Of a DNA stretch of 64,000 bases, positions 1-14,200 are shown piece after piece. Made by a program: the position numbers and the translations under genes. The stretch's first letter is position 1. Each line of letters opens with the position of its first letter. Source of the stretch: Eledone cirrhosa (Eukaryota); the NCBI GenBank assembly GCA_964016885.1, contig OZ024752.1, forward strand, positions 23,808,001 through 23,872,000, in the 5' to 3' direction. The notes beneath the pieces were generated by a model. The model ran no database searches. It was not told where the DNA came from and saw only the letters and a program-made list of their open reading frames with translations.

Positions 1-1200
1 TAACGTCCATATTCCACGCTTGCATGGGTTTGGATGGGAGTTTTCCCACTTGAGGCAAGAGTGGTTGTCTTGCTCGCATAGGACTGTCTGGCCGGTTTTC
101 TACGGCTGGATGCCCTTCCTAACACCAACCACATTTACAGTGTGGAACTGGGAAGTTTTTACCGTGTTACCTACACGGCCACATTACAGCGTGGACTGTG
201 TGTTTTTTTGTTGTGACACCTACACGACCTCATTTGTTTCGGCCTGGATGTTGTGGTACCAACATAACTTTACATTGAAAGGGGTGGGGGTAGTGGGACG
301 GGGTGTATTTTGTTAGAGGTGCCTACTGACTGTAGTAGGTTTTACTTTGTATTTAGGTAAGGCGGGTCTTCTCTATTACTGTGTAGCGCCAAAGATCTCA
401 GTCCAGTGACATTGTCTTGGAGAGGTGTAAGTGTGTGAGGTCGGAATTTATCAAGTCGTCCCAGGTTTTTCTGGGTCTACCTACTCCATGGCAACCATCT
501 ATTTTTATTGCCCTGCATTTTTTTATACAGCTGTCGTCTTTCATGTGCATCACGTGACCATACCAACGTTGGCTTCTCTCAAGTAAACATCTGATCCCTC
601 TTATTTCTAATTTTTCCCTTAGTTCGTTTATGCTTTGCTGTTCACGTATATTACTATTACACATCCAGCGGAGCATGCAAGCTTCGTTCCTCTCTAGTCT
701 GTGTATATCCTCTGCACACAATGCCCAGGTCTCACTGCCATGCAACATTGCTGTTCGTATGCAGGCATCGTATAACTTGCCTTTCATTTTTAGGGAGAAC
801 CCTTTCGCGGTTAATAGTGGTATAAGCTCTCTGAACTTTTTCCATCCAGTTCTGACTCTAGCTATTGTACTTTCAGAGCACCCTCCCCCACTGCTGATTT
901 TGTCACCCAGGTAACGGAAGCTGTCCACTATTTCTATAGAACCATCTGTGTAATTGAAAGAGCTAGTATTCAGTGGGCACTTGCTGCTACTTATTGCACC
1001 AGAGCACCGGCCACATATAAAATCTATGTTCTTAGTTAGCTTACCTGTGATCCCACTACATCTTTTATGCACCCATACTTTGCATTTGGGACATAAAATG
1101 GAGTTTCTACCTACTCCTTTCCTACACACTGAGCATGGCCATTTCCCGGATGGGACCGGTGCCCTATTTTCCTTCCTACAAACTAGAACTTTAGTCTTAG
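1..1200 (-). mobile_element. 5'-truncated RTE-clade LINE, family B (RT C-terminus with PHD-type finger + long 3'UTR)
   Basis: ORF 398..1471 C-terminal part near-identical to 61833..62975; the 3'UTR matches 62975-63350. Confidence 0.92.
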
Positions 1201-1202
1201 AC

Positions 1203-1330
1203 ATCATCATCACCATCACCACCACCACCATCATTATCACCACTACCACCACCACCATCATCATTATCACCACCATCACCACCACCATCACCAACACCAC
1301 CGTCACCATCATCACCACCACCACCATCAT
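1203..1330. repeat. (CAT/CAC)n trinucleotide microsatellite
   Basis: Visible catcaccac repeats between two oppositely oriented RTE fragments. Confidence 0.9.
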
Positions 1331-1339
1331 AATGAATAC

Positions 1340-1615
1340 AAGGAATCTGAGGTGGTGTGCAGGAGAGAAGACTGTGTTGGTTTGGACATGTGATGGACAT
1401 GGACAATGATCATTGGGTGAAGAAGTGTCAGGAAATGCCAGTGGAGGGAAGCCGCAGTAGAAGCAGACCAAGAAAAACCTGGGCAGAGGTTGTGAGAGGT
1501 GACCTCAAATCACTGAAACTCACAGAGGTGATGACATAGGATCGTGACGTGTGGAGAGATGCTGTGCTGAGACATGGAAAAGCAGATGTAAAAATCACAA
1601 CGATGATAATGATTT
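1340..1615 (+). mobile_element. RTE LINE family A 3' fragment
   Basis: ERRLCWFGHV...RPRKTWAEVVRGDL; ends in a gat-repeat tail. Confidence 0.8.
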
Positions 1616-1964
1616 AATGAATAACTGTGGTTAAACTATCATCGTCACCATCATATTTATGCCTACTCTTCCATAATGGCATAGGTTGAATGGAAATTTT
1701 TGAGGCAGTGTTTTAAGGCCAGATGCTCTTCCTGATACCAACCCTTTTAGTTGCCTTTTTTTATGATACAGAGGAACATCTTGTACCTATTCTAGAAAAG
1801 ACACATTGCTATTGATCATAGGTCTGTTTAATGGGAAGTTAACCTGAGGCTATTTGCAGCAACAACAGACATTTCATTAAGGTTTCATTATGTGGGTCTT
1901 GTATTGAGACAACAGATGTAATAACACACAACACACTGAATGAACTGTTGGCACATTTTTTTTT

Positions 1965-1970
1965 TTTATT
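1965..1970 (-). terminator. Candidate polyadenylation signal AATAAA of VPS36
   Basis: AATAAA ~150 nt downstream of the stop; it abuts a genomic A-run, so the assignment is ambiguous. Confidence 0.4.
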
Positions 1971-2118
1971 AAATACATAATGTAAACAAGGCGCAGACAT
2001 AGCATGGTTGATTGAATGCTTGTAGCTTAAACTGGATAACTCCATGCAAGGTAGATATATAAAATCAGTTAGAAAACATGTCCTCAGCTTGGCCAGGATA
2101 GGCTTGGCTTGGCTTGGT

Positions 2119-2209
2119 TCAGTGAATGAGAAAGTTGTTTGGGTAAAACCGTAGACCTTCAATAGTTTCATCTCGACAAATACCACCAAATTTTTCTGTG
2201 AATAATAAT
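2119..2209 (-). CDS. VPS36: VPS36 exon 13 ([29 protein letters not shown])
   Basis: ttttag acceptor, TGA at 2121-2119. Confidence 0.95.
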
Positions 2210-5200
2210 CTAAAATAGAAAAAAATTAAATAACTAAGATATAACTCTAGGCTTTATGTTGTTTATGCATGTGTGTGTATATATATTATTTTTAAGTTAG
2301 TGCTTGGAACATAACTTAACAAATGTTCCTTACATAAAAAAAAATGTTGGAAGGTTTTTCAATAAATATAAATACAAAATATAAATAAGTTTTGTAATAT
2401 AGAAGCAGTCAAGCAGGTTAGTATCAAACGTGTTTATATGTAAACTAACCTTTCTTTGGCTAAGATAACAGAAACACCAATACACTGTGAGAGTTCTTCA
2501 GCAGTTAAAGAACCATTCTGTTCCACCTGGAAATTACAAGTTTCAAATATATTACACTTTCTTTCTTCAGAAATTTGTTTGAATTTAGATTTAATTCTTC
2601 TAAAATCCAAATTTCATAACATGACACTTAAACAGGTATCATCAATCATCATCATTTTATTAATCTATATTATAAATAAGAGCGCTGTCCATCCCTCCGT
2701 CATCACACTCACTTTATATTGAGGGGGGGGGGCACCACGTGAGAGATATGTACATAGATAAAGGGAAAAGGGAATGTCATGTGTTTTTCAGATGACAGAA
2801 AGAGGTAGATAGACAGAAGGTTATGTCACCCTCATCTAGAGAGGGGGAGTGACAAACAAGAGATATGTACATAGAGTGAGAAAAGTGAATGCTGTGTGTT
2901 TTCGAGGTGACAGAAAGTTATAATGTTGCCTCATCTATATAGATAGGGGCAGTGCGAAAGAGATGTACATAGAGAGCCTTACGTTCCAAGTTCAAATTCC
3001 ACTATGGTCAACTTTGCTTTTTATTATTTTGTGGTGTTGGTAAAATATTAGCAGTGTGGACTGGGTACTTTTCTTCATGGCACCAGCACTACCATTTTAG
3101 AGTGGACTGAATGTATTTCTATGGTGGCATTGACAGCAATGGGAGAGGAAGTGTTGGGTCATAGGGATGGTCTTGGGGAGAGTGAGTTGCATCTAGTGGT
3201 GTATTGTGAGGTATGATAGGCTTTCTATGTTGGAATGGGTTGGACAAGAAAGGGAATCGTGGGAGTGGGGTGGGGTCACATCTTTCTTCCATGCTGGCAT
3301 GGGTCATGCAGAGAAATAAACTAGGGATGAGATAGGGTAGAAGGGAGGAGAACTTCTTTTTCTTTCTGTACTGGCATAGATTAGATGAAATAGAGTGGGG
3401 TGAAGTATGCAAATTTGGGGACAACTCGTCTAACCCATGCTAGCATGGAAAAATGGCCATTAAATAGAGATGATGATGATATATATATAGGTATGTCTGT
3501 CTGTCACCATGTAACACCATTTAAAGAAAGTCAGTGGTGATGTTTGTTTATGTCCATCATAAAACAAAAAACAATATACCCATAGCTTACGGTTCGACAG
3601 GGGTCACCAAGATATGCAATACTTTAAAAATAAAGTATGAGTTGATGTCAGAAAGGGCTATCCAGCCATACAAAGGAAGAGACTACCTTAAAAATGGTTT
3701 ATCTGACACATGCCAGCATCGAAAAAAAAACGTAAAAATGATGATGATGATGATGTTAGAATTAATACTGAATCTATCAACAACAAATGAATTCCTCTCA
3801 AAATTCTAAAACCTATTTACCATCTCCACTGTTCGTTCAATAGCTTGTTCTTCGTTGTGAGACTGACTCTGTAACACCATAACACCGCTGTCAAATATAC
3901 GTAATCTGCAGCAAACAAACATAAAAATTAATGAGATTCATTTGAATTTGATGGTGATCATTATAAATTTGGTCATAAATTATAACAAGCCAACATACAT
4001 CAAGTGAATAATCATCCCCACCCTCACTTATTTATTTATTCTGATTTTTTCAAACCACCCCCGCTCTTATTTTAACCCCCACCCCTTATTAAATTTGGCT
4101 AATCTATCTCCGGCAAAATTTTGTTTTAAGTGATAGCATTCCTGCAACAATTGAGTTTCTTTATACATTAAAAAACATTATATATACATACAAAAGGGCG
4201 GTGGATTGGCAGTATCGGTAGAGGGTTGGACGCCATGCTTTGCAGCAAAGAGTTACGGCCCTTTATGGTCTGAGTTCAAATCCTGCCGAGGTTAACTTTG
4301 CCTTTCATCCTTACAGGGTCGATAAAATAAAGTACCAGTAATACACTGGGTATTAGCTGGCCTTGTGCCAATAGTAGAAACAATTATATATACATACACA
4401 AACGGCAAAACATAAACAAACTAAGGGAGAAATTAGGAATAAGAGGGATCAGATGCTGTTCACTTGAGAAGATTACGTTGGTATGGTCATGTGATGCACA
4501 TGAAAGACAACAACTATGCAGGGCGATCAAAATTAATGGAAGTTACAGAGTAAGTAGACCCAGAAAAACCTGGGATGACATGATAAAATCCGACCTTGCG
4601 CACTTGCACCTCTCTGAGACAATGTCACTGGATCGAGACCTTTGGCACCATGCAGTAATACAGAAGACCCACCTTCCCTACGTGCAAAGTTAACTTACAG
4701 TCAGTAGGCCCCTCCTAACCAAATATACACCCCAATCCACTACCCCTACTCCATCCTTCCACTCCCACCAACACCACCCTTTCTCTGTAAAGGTATGTTG
4801 GTACCACAACATCCAGTTCAAACTAATGAGGTTGTGTAGGTGTCACAATAAAAAAACACACAGTCCACACTGTAATGTGGTCGTGTAGGTAGCACGGTAA
4901 AAAGGTCCCAGTCCACACTGTAGGCAGGACATCTCCAGCCGTAGAAAACCTGCCAGATAGTCCTATATGAGCGAGACACGGTAACTCGATCAATCTTGCC
5001 TCAATTGGGACAATTCCCGTCTAACCCATGCTAGCATGGAAGATAGACGTCAAACGATGGTGATGATGATGACACACACAAAAACATGTTATAAAATAAA
5101 TAGGATGGGTTGGGGTCTCAATATGTAAACTAAACGACTAATTCTGGCTTTTAAAAAGCCAACAGAGACAACCTAGAAAAATTACCAAAGTGTAATGAGA

Positions 5201-8200
5201 GCTGGGTGTGTTGAGAAGGCTTGATTGTGGTATACAATTATCTAGTTCAGAGGAACAGTGACCATTATAGTAGTGGTAGAATAGGCAGAAAAAAAAACAA
5301 CACAGATTTTGTTGATCAGAAGTAATTGGATATTGATCCTAAATCATTGCTAATCACTTAGATGGTTTTCTTTTAGATATAATCTACAATTGTTTTTGTT
5401 GGTCCAGAAAAAAAAAATTAACTTCTTAGAAAATTTTTTTGTCAGAATTTTATCTCATGGTACTAACTTTCTAGTTTCCAGTGTTTGTACTGAATAAGTG
5501 AGAAAATTAAAAAAAATGGCAAAATACCAGTCATACCATTGTGGCCCAAGGGCTATATATATATGGGAGACTTTTACCATTCACATTACTCTATATATAC
5601 TATCGTATTTTCATGGTAAATGCTTTATCTCCCATAATATCGAATCTATGAGATTTTGAAAGTATTTATTTTGAGAACAATACCTTAACATCAGTTTGAG
5701 TGACCAGTTACAGCCAGTTTCAACAGAAAAAGGTAGAAAATTCTGATCGGTTTTGGCCAGTTTGAACATTAAAGGGTTAAGAGTCTCCTATATATAATAT
5801 ATAGGAGACTTTAAGCATGAGGGTACTGCTATGATTCTCATCTTTGTTATAGAAAAATAAGTTGAAATGGCAATGGGATGTTTTCAAGTAACAGATGGAC
5901 AGATGGGGGGACCAATTGTATCCTTTCTAGCAATGTTAGACCTACTGACATAAAAACAGATGAAAAGTAAAGGTCTTTCTTGGCTCTCTGCTAGAAACCA
6001 TACAGTCAGTGTTATGACTTTCTCACTACTAGCTGCCACTGAAAGTGGAGATGACAGGAAAATCATTGATTAATTAGGTAATTGATTATCTCATATCTAT
6101 AACACATCCCTTCCCTATTTACATCCCTTCCTATCTATTGCAAATCTCTCGATTATTTCTCACATCCTACCAAAGAACAAAGGGTCAGAGAATTGAAAAC
6201 CGTTGTTTATGAGTCTAGATAAAAGTCAGCCCTGGTAAATGAGATCTCTGATTAAAATCATTTCAGCCTCATGGAAGTTTCTGGAAAACTTCTGACAATA
6301 ATATCTGTGCTATGAACAATAACAAGAAGCATTCGCTTACCTGATTTCTAGATCAGATGTCTCCATGATTTCACAAGCATGTAACAAATCTTCAGGTGAT
6401 AACAACTAAAACAGACCAAAAATATGAAAAGACATGTAGTAAACCAATACAACAGAACTACCTAATTATTGAATTAGCTTGTATACCTTTAACAGATATA
6501 TGTACCCTTAACATAATCCTCAGGCAGACTCAGCATGATGCAGTGTGTGACAACACTAGACCTATGAATTACAAGTACAATTCATCCAATAAGCTTTTGT
6601 ACAATTTTTTGTCCATCAAATTTCACTTACAGTACTTGGGTCAACCCATGCACAATGTTTACACAATTACAGTGGAACTTTGGTTCACGAACTTGTTTCA
6701 CTCCTGAAGGCCATTCATCATCCAATATTTTCGTAAACCAAAACTATCTTTCCCATACAAAATGTTGAGAGAGAGAGACAGTGTGTTAAAGACAGATAGA
6801 TATCACCATAGTAACTAACTACACAGCAAGTGACATTTTCCCACTCATACTCCAAGCTCGTTGCCAACCATTGTAGTCAGCTTGTGTGTTTGTTACTCGA
6901 GACACCGTTCGTCTCAAATGAGATATTTTATGTTTGGAAAAATTGCTTGTGAACCGATTTGTTCATGATGTGAGACGTTCATGAACCATGGTTCCACTGT
7001 ATTCATTTAGTTGAAAATTATTACCTCCATTCCACGAGCTCTGTTAACTCGGCAGTAAACATCAGTTAGAGTCATCATTCCACCACATTCCTGAAATAAT
7101 AATAACGGTAATAAGTTCATGCAAATTAACTATTTATGTCTACCTTAAAGGGCTCTTTATCCAACCATCTTACTCGGGGTTTATCTCTAGGTCTCCTGCC
7201 CACTGCTTTTGCCTGAAAAATCTGTCCAGTGATTCTTTTCTGAGAAATTCTAACCACATGCCTATTCGGAAAAATAGCAGGGGTAGACCCCGAGCAAAAT
7301 GGTTGGATAACACTCATGAGCTCAGCTGGTCCTGCTTGGGGATTCAGTCAGATCATTTGGAGATGGTTGCTTCTGACAGGACCCGCTGGAAAGAGTGCTT
7401 GAGTGGGCGAAGAAGGGCTCTTCATGTAAATTATCCAGACCTTAGTTTCATGGCATTAAGTGGCTGAGATTAATTTGCTTTAGAATAGAATGACAAGTAA
7501 CCCTTAAATAAAATAGTAGATGGTATGGTACCTTTTTAATGAGAGATAGATGAACTGAATCACACATATATCTATGTACAGTCTCTCATACTTAGTGTAG
7601 TGAACCAAACATATATTAACCAACTAAAATTAAACCACGTAATAATAAGAAAATTTATTAATGTTAATCACAACTCGTGTTAAGCAAAGCAAGGGAGAAA
7701 ACTTAAATTGATTCAAGGATAGCAAGGGAAAGAATTTATATGTATTAAAAATTAAATAGAAACATGAAGTGATGAGTGTGTCTGATGTATGGTAAGATCA
7801 ACTCTCTGTAATTTCTTCATGATTTTCCTCCAATCCTCAAAAGAAATATCAACTATGTCAATCTCACCAAATCAAAAGGGTAATTCCCAATATATCTCGA
7901 AGACATTGGCAAAATGAACTGAAAATGCTGACACATATTGATTTCAAATTTAGGCCAGCAATTTACAGGGTTATGGAGATGCATAGCCTTGTAATAAGGG
8001 TGTTGGATTACAGTCATAATGTTGTGAGTTCGATTCTTGAGCAAAACACTTCATTTTACGTTATAATGAGAATATTGTGAGTTCGATTACAGTCATAATG
8101 TTGTGAGTTCGATTCTTGAGCAAAACACTTCATTTTACGTTACTCCAGTATACTTATCTGAAAATGGCTACCAGCAATAGCTGGTGTCCTGTCCAGGAGG

Positions 8201-11200
8201 GGGTCTTGAACTCTCAGTCACTTAATGTCACAAAACCAGGATAAGCACCAGCCTGGCTTGAGACATACTTTAGAGTTAGAATTTGCAGGGTGGGGAATGT
8301 CGTTTATATTGACCCCAGTATTTGACAATACTGGGGTCGATATAACAGAACACTTGACAGAACAACTGACAGAATTATTGTGAGAATTATTGATATCAAA
8401 TTCATACATACGGCAATTGGCTTTTTCAAAATGTCATTAAGCTGCTGTGCCAACTGAAGATAATAACGATCACCAGTTCCATGGGTCTCTCTTGTGACAG
8501 GATTTGGTATACCCATACTCAACAAATAGGATTTGAAGCGAATAGTCTGAAAATGATAAAAAAAACAAAGAGAATAGGAAGGGTACCCAACCATAGAAAA
8601 CTTGCCAAACAAAGGGTTGAAATGGATCATATATAATGATAATGAAAACTATTGTATACAATGCTCAGGTGCACTAAAACTCATCAAAGGTGCATGTATA
8701 GTACATAGAATAATGTACAAATGTTAGGAAAGTGAACAGTGTATGAGTCATGATATACACACAGATACATGTGTGCGTGTGTATGGAGGCGGAATATCAG
8801 GTGTAATGTTATGAAAGTGACAGAAAGAGTTTTAGCAAAACTAATTAAGAAAAGAGTAAAATTAGACAAGATGCAGTTTGGTTTTGAGCCTGGAAAGATC
8901 ACCTCAGATGCCCTCTTAGCAGGACAACAAGAGAAGTTTTTAGCCAAATGTAAGCGGTTATATCTAGCTTTCCTCTGATCTAGAGAAGACCTTTGACAGA
9001 GTCCCACAATCTGTTATTTGGTGGTACTTAAGAAAACTGGGTGTAGTGGGGTGACTTGTGAGAGCAGTGTACACTTACAATATGTATCCCACTATAAAGT
9101 GGTCATGTAGGAGACACGGTAAAAAGGCTCTCAGTCCACACTGAAAATGTAGTTGGTGTTAGGAAGCGCATCCAGCCATAGAAAACCTGTCAGAAACAGA
9201 TCTATACGATATAAAATATGTGATGGTGATGGTATAAAACATATGATGATGATGATGATGGTTGATATAAAATATGTGATGATGTTGATGATAGTTATGA
9301 TATGAAATATATGATGATAGTTATAATATAAAATATTTGATAATAATGATAGTTATGATATGAAATATATGATGATAGTTATAATATAAAATATTTGATA
9401 ATAATGATAGTTATGATATGAAATAAGAATATTTAACTTGCCTCATCTTCAGTTACATCTCCTTGTTTATCCTTGATTTTATTTGCAATTGTATTTGATA
9501 TAAGCACCATTTCTTTGGCCTGCAGATTGAAAAGAAAAAAAAGAAAGAAAAAAGCAATATTAATGTATCTAGAGTAAAAACCAGGAGGAAAAGGTTCAAC
9601 AAGCCATTAGCTCTGCTGGGAGTAGTGGGTAGATTATAAGATGCTTATGTAAAAGGTTCAGCAAACTATTACCGCTGTTAGCTACAAAGGGATTCTTCAA
9701 CTCAAAAAGGAAGGGTTTAAACTTAGCTTATGATTTATTTCTGACACAAGACAAAACTATTTTTTGAAGGTTGAGAGATTCATTTGAAAATTACTTGACT
9801 TGACCCAAATATTCAGAAATATCCAGTCAATGAATAAATATAGATTAACCATTTAGCATCTATGTATACTAGTGTATTTTTGTGGTAAAGGCTTTATCTT
9901 ACATAATTATCTCACATAATATCAAATCTACGAGAGTTTGATGTTATTTTTTTTAGAACAATACCTAAACATTAGTATGAGTGGCTAGTTTGAACAGAAA
10001 GAGGTGAGAGAATTCTGGCTAGTTTAAATGCTAAAGGGTTAAACACTTGAATGAAATATTAAGAGAAGCATTTTCACAGAAAGATTACTAACCTTTTCAA
10101 TTAAATTGCTCAGGTCTTCAAAAGCCTGCGAGATGTTTTTATCTGTATCCTCCTGTTTCTTTTGGATAGCTCTTTCTATGCCAATAATGCCAGGACGATG
10201 TCGTGGGGAAGTTACCTGCAAATATATTATATTTCTAGTATAAAAATCAACAAGTTTTTAAGGCCATTTTCACAGCTAAAACAAGAAGTAATCCCACAGG
10301 TCAAACTATGACAAGCTTCTTCATTTTGCTCTATTATTTCTCCCGACATCATCTTTAACCATGTTTTTTTTCGTCTTCCTCTATTTTTCTTCATTCATTT
10401 CCTGAACACTCATCATCATCATCATCATTTTACATCCATTCTTCCACGCTAGCATGAGGTGGATGAGTTGTCTTGTGACCATGTCTTGCTCATACAGAAC
10501 TGATTTTGGCTTGATTTCTACAGCTGGATGCCCTTCTTCACATGAACCTCATTTACAGTGAGTACTGGGCGCTTTTTTGTTGTGACACCTACACCTCCCA
10601 CTTTACAGTGGGAGGGGATGGGGACATATATGCTTCAGCTTCGGCTTGTACCCATGGGAAGTCAGGTCTTCTGTATTACTGCGTAACGCCAGAGGTCTCG
10701 GTCCTGTGTCATCACCTTTGAGAGGTGCAATTTGGCAAGATCAGCTTTTGTCACCTTATGCCAGGTCTTCTTGGGTCTCCCCACTCCAAGGCTTCCATCG
10801 ACTTTTAGTGCTCTGCACCTTTTTATGCAGCCGTCATCCTTCATACGCATCACATGTCCATACAAACATAATCTCCTCAACTGTATACAGCATTTAATTC
10901 CTCTTAAGCTTAATCTCTCTCTCAATTCGTTTATGCTTTGCTGTTCATGTATATTACTACATTCTTAGCTAAACTTTCTGAGATCCCACTACATCTCTTG
11001 TATACCCATAGTTTGCATTTGGGGCAGAGGATGGAATTTCTACCTACACCTTTCCTACATATTGAGCAAGGCCATTTCCTTGAGTGGATCTGGGTTCTGT
11101 TTTCTCGTCTACTTACGAGGACCTTAATCTTTGTCAGGTTGACTTTGTGACCCATACACAATAATTTCATTATTATTATTATTATTATTATCATCACACA

Positions 11201-14200
11201 ATACATGCCCCAACCATTACTTTTCCATTTTTCTTCATAACAATTCATCACTGGCTCAATTCCCACTATCCTCTGCATTTCATTGTTTGCAATACTTTGC
11301 TCATCCACTAAACCATTTTCATTTCCATTATATTCCACCTTCATCAGCCATGTTTCCATTCCATAAATCATGAATAAATTACACACATATCTTTTATTAT
11401 TCATTTATTTAATGATTCCATGTCCATTTTATTCTATTTCATACATCCCATTTATTTCATGTGTAAGATGATGATGATGTAAGAAGTACTCAAGTAGATA
11501 TCAAAATTTGGCAGAAATAAAATCTATAGCTTGAACCAAAGAAAAGAGCTATGGATGACCACAGTTAATAAGATACCGGAGAATTAGCTGATAGTTAAAT
11601 ATCTTGATTGTGTACACAATACCGTACTATCAACAACTACATCACCTAGCTCTAAGATGTTGTTGTTTAGCCCCAGGCCAACCCAAATTATATAGAGCTA
11701 TGATAAAAAAAATTCTGGCTCTGGCCATCCCTTCATTTTTTTCTTTATTGCATTAACCAATGTATCCTTCCTTTTGTTAAGATAGTAGAGTGTGTAGGGG
11801 AAGATTTGGCTGATATTTTTGTGTGTGTGTGTGTAGTATATGTAGGACTACATTATCTGATGTACTCTTCCTTTTTTAATATGGTAGGGTGTGATATGAA
11901 GAAGATTTGGCTGTTTTTTCTAGCAGGTCAAGCAACCATGTAGGAGCTATCCCCTTAAATCTGATACTACTACTAGTTGCACAATTCAGTTGCTGTTGTT
12001 TAGGCTCATGTCAGCCATGATTATGCCAAAGTAGAAATAATTATTTTAAATGGATTTAGTAGTTATTTCTAGTAGGTCAAGTTACTGCATAGAGTCTCCC
12101 TCTTTGCCATTGGGGTGTAGTTGGCCGCCTACATGTGTATAGTATATGTAGGACTACATTATCCAATGTATGCTTCCCTTTTTTAAGATGGTAGGGTGTG
12201 AGTGGCTCTTTCAGTGCATCTCCTTTGCCAACCTCCGGGGCAATGCATTCTTCATCATGTTGGCTAGGACCCAGAGAGTAAGTAGGAGGATACTCGTTTG
12301 GACATCACTTCAACAACTAAAGTACATTTACATATGAAGTAGACAATTAAATTAATATACTAGGTTATTTAAACATCTCCCATCATAATTTCATAGGATA
12401 ACATTCATTAACCCTTTAGTATTTACATTACTCTATATTTACTATTGTAAGTTCACAGTAAAGGCTTTACCTCACACAATATCAAATCAATGAGATTTTG
12501 AAATTATTTATTTTGTGAACAATTCCTTAATGTCTGAATGAGTGGCCAGTTTCGACCAGTTTGAACGGAATGAGGTGAGAGAATTCTGGTCGGATACGGC
12601 TCGTTTAAATGCTAAATTTGTGTTCCCTCTTTAACTCAACTGCGGCAATCTGGTAGCAGAGAGTGTTGTTACCAGAAGTGTAATGGAAGAAAGCAAGTGT
12701 ACCACCTATTGAATAACAACATGTTCGATATGTAGAAAAGGAGTTGGCATAAACTCTATAGAATGTACACAATGAAGATCTTGGGTACACAAGAGATGTA
12801 GTGGGATAGCAGGCAAACTAACAGGAAGGGAAAACTTCATATGTAATAGATTTTCAGGGAAATTTGATTGTAGAAGTGTCAGTGATAGACACATTTTTCA
12901 AATGCAGGCAGGGTCTATAGAGGTGGTTGATAGCTTCTGATATCTAAGTGATCAGATTAGCAAGGGAAGGGATGCTCCGAGGCCATAGTATCTAGAATAA
13001 GGAGAGGATGGAAGAAGTTTAGGGAGCTGCTTCCTCTGTTGACAAAGAAGGGTTTCTCCCTACGAACAAAAGGCCAGTTATATGATGCCTGTGTGAGATG
13101 CGCAATGCTGCGGAGGATATGCGACGGCTGGAGAGAAATGAAGCAATCATGCTCCGATGGATGTGCAATGTCAATGTGCATGAACGACCAAGCATAGACG
13201 AGTAGAGAGTGAAACTGTGTATAAGAGGGATAAACTGTAGTGTGTGGGAGAGAAGTCTGCGTTGGTATGGCCATGTGATGCGCATGAAAGATGACCACTG
13301 GGTGAAGAGCCAAGAAATCCCGGTGGAAGGAAGATGCAGTAGAGGAAGACCACGAAAAACATGAGCAGAGGTGGTGAGAGCTGACCTCAGGTCACTGAAG
13401 ATCACAGAGGAGATGACGGAGGAGAGTGACTGTGCTGAAAAGGTAAGTCCCACCCTTGCAAGCAAGAAACAGCGGACGTAGAAGAATGATGATGATTATA
13501 TCAAATGACATGTCTATAATGAAAAACAACAGACAATGATTTTCAAATAAGTGTTTAAGTAATCAAGAATTGGGGGGGGGGGGGGGGGATTGTAATATAT
13601 AGCTAACTTTCTCATTATTAATTTGGAACATTATGTGTTTGGAACATAATTTAACAAGGGTTGTTATATAAAATTATCATGGAAGGTTTTTAGATGAATA
13701 TAAACACGTTAAAATAAACAGTGTTATATTGTAGAACCATAGACAGTTTCAAGCATTTTGTTAAAAAAAAAAAAAGGGTTGTGTAAGAGTCATGTAAAGT
13801 GATCGAGTAGAAGTCATGACAAACAGCACCCAGCACACACTGTAAAGTGGTTGTGTAGGAGACATGACAAACAGCACCCAGCATACACTGTAAAGTGGTT
13901 GTGTAGGAGACATGACAAACAGCACCCAGTACACACTGTAAAGTGGTTGTGTAGGAGACATGACAAACAGCACCCAGCATACACTGTAAAGTGGTTGTGT
14001 AGGAGTCATGACAAAGAGTATCCAGCATACACTGTAAAGTGGTTGTGTAGGTGTCACGACAAATAGCACCCAGCATACACTGTTAAGTGGTTGTGTAGGA
14101 GACATGAGAAACAGCACCCAGCACACACTGTAGTGTGGTTGTGTAGGAGTCATGACAAACAGCACCCAGCATACACTGTGAAGTAGTTGTGTACGAGACA

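Noticed and set aside
4196-4290. tRNA gene
   Set aside because: A/B-box-like motifs only, no cloverleaf; continues into a repeated SINE body with a target-site duplication.
8006-8142. 58-bp direct duplication in VPS36 intron 8
   Set aside because: Local duplication within a SINE-like remnant; no sign of function.
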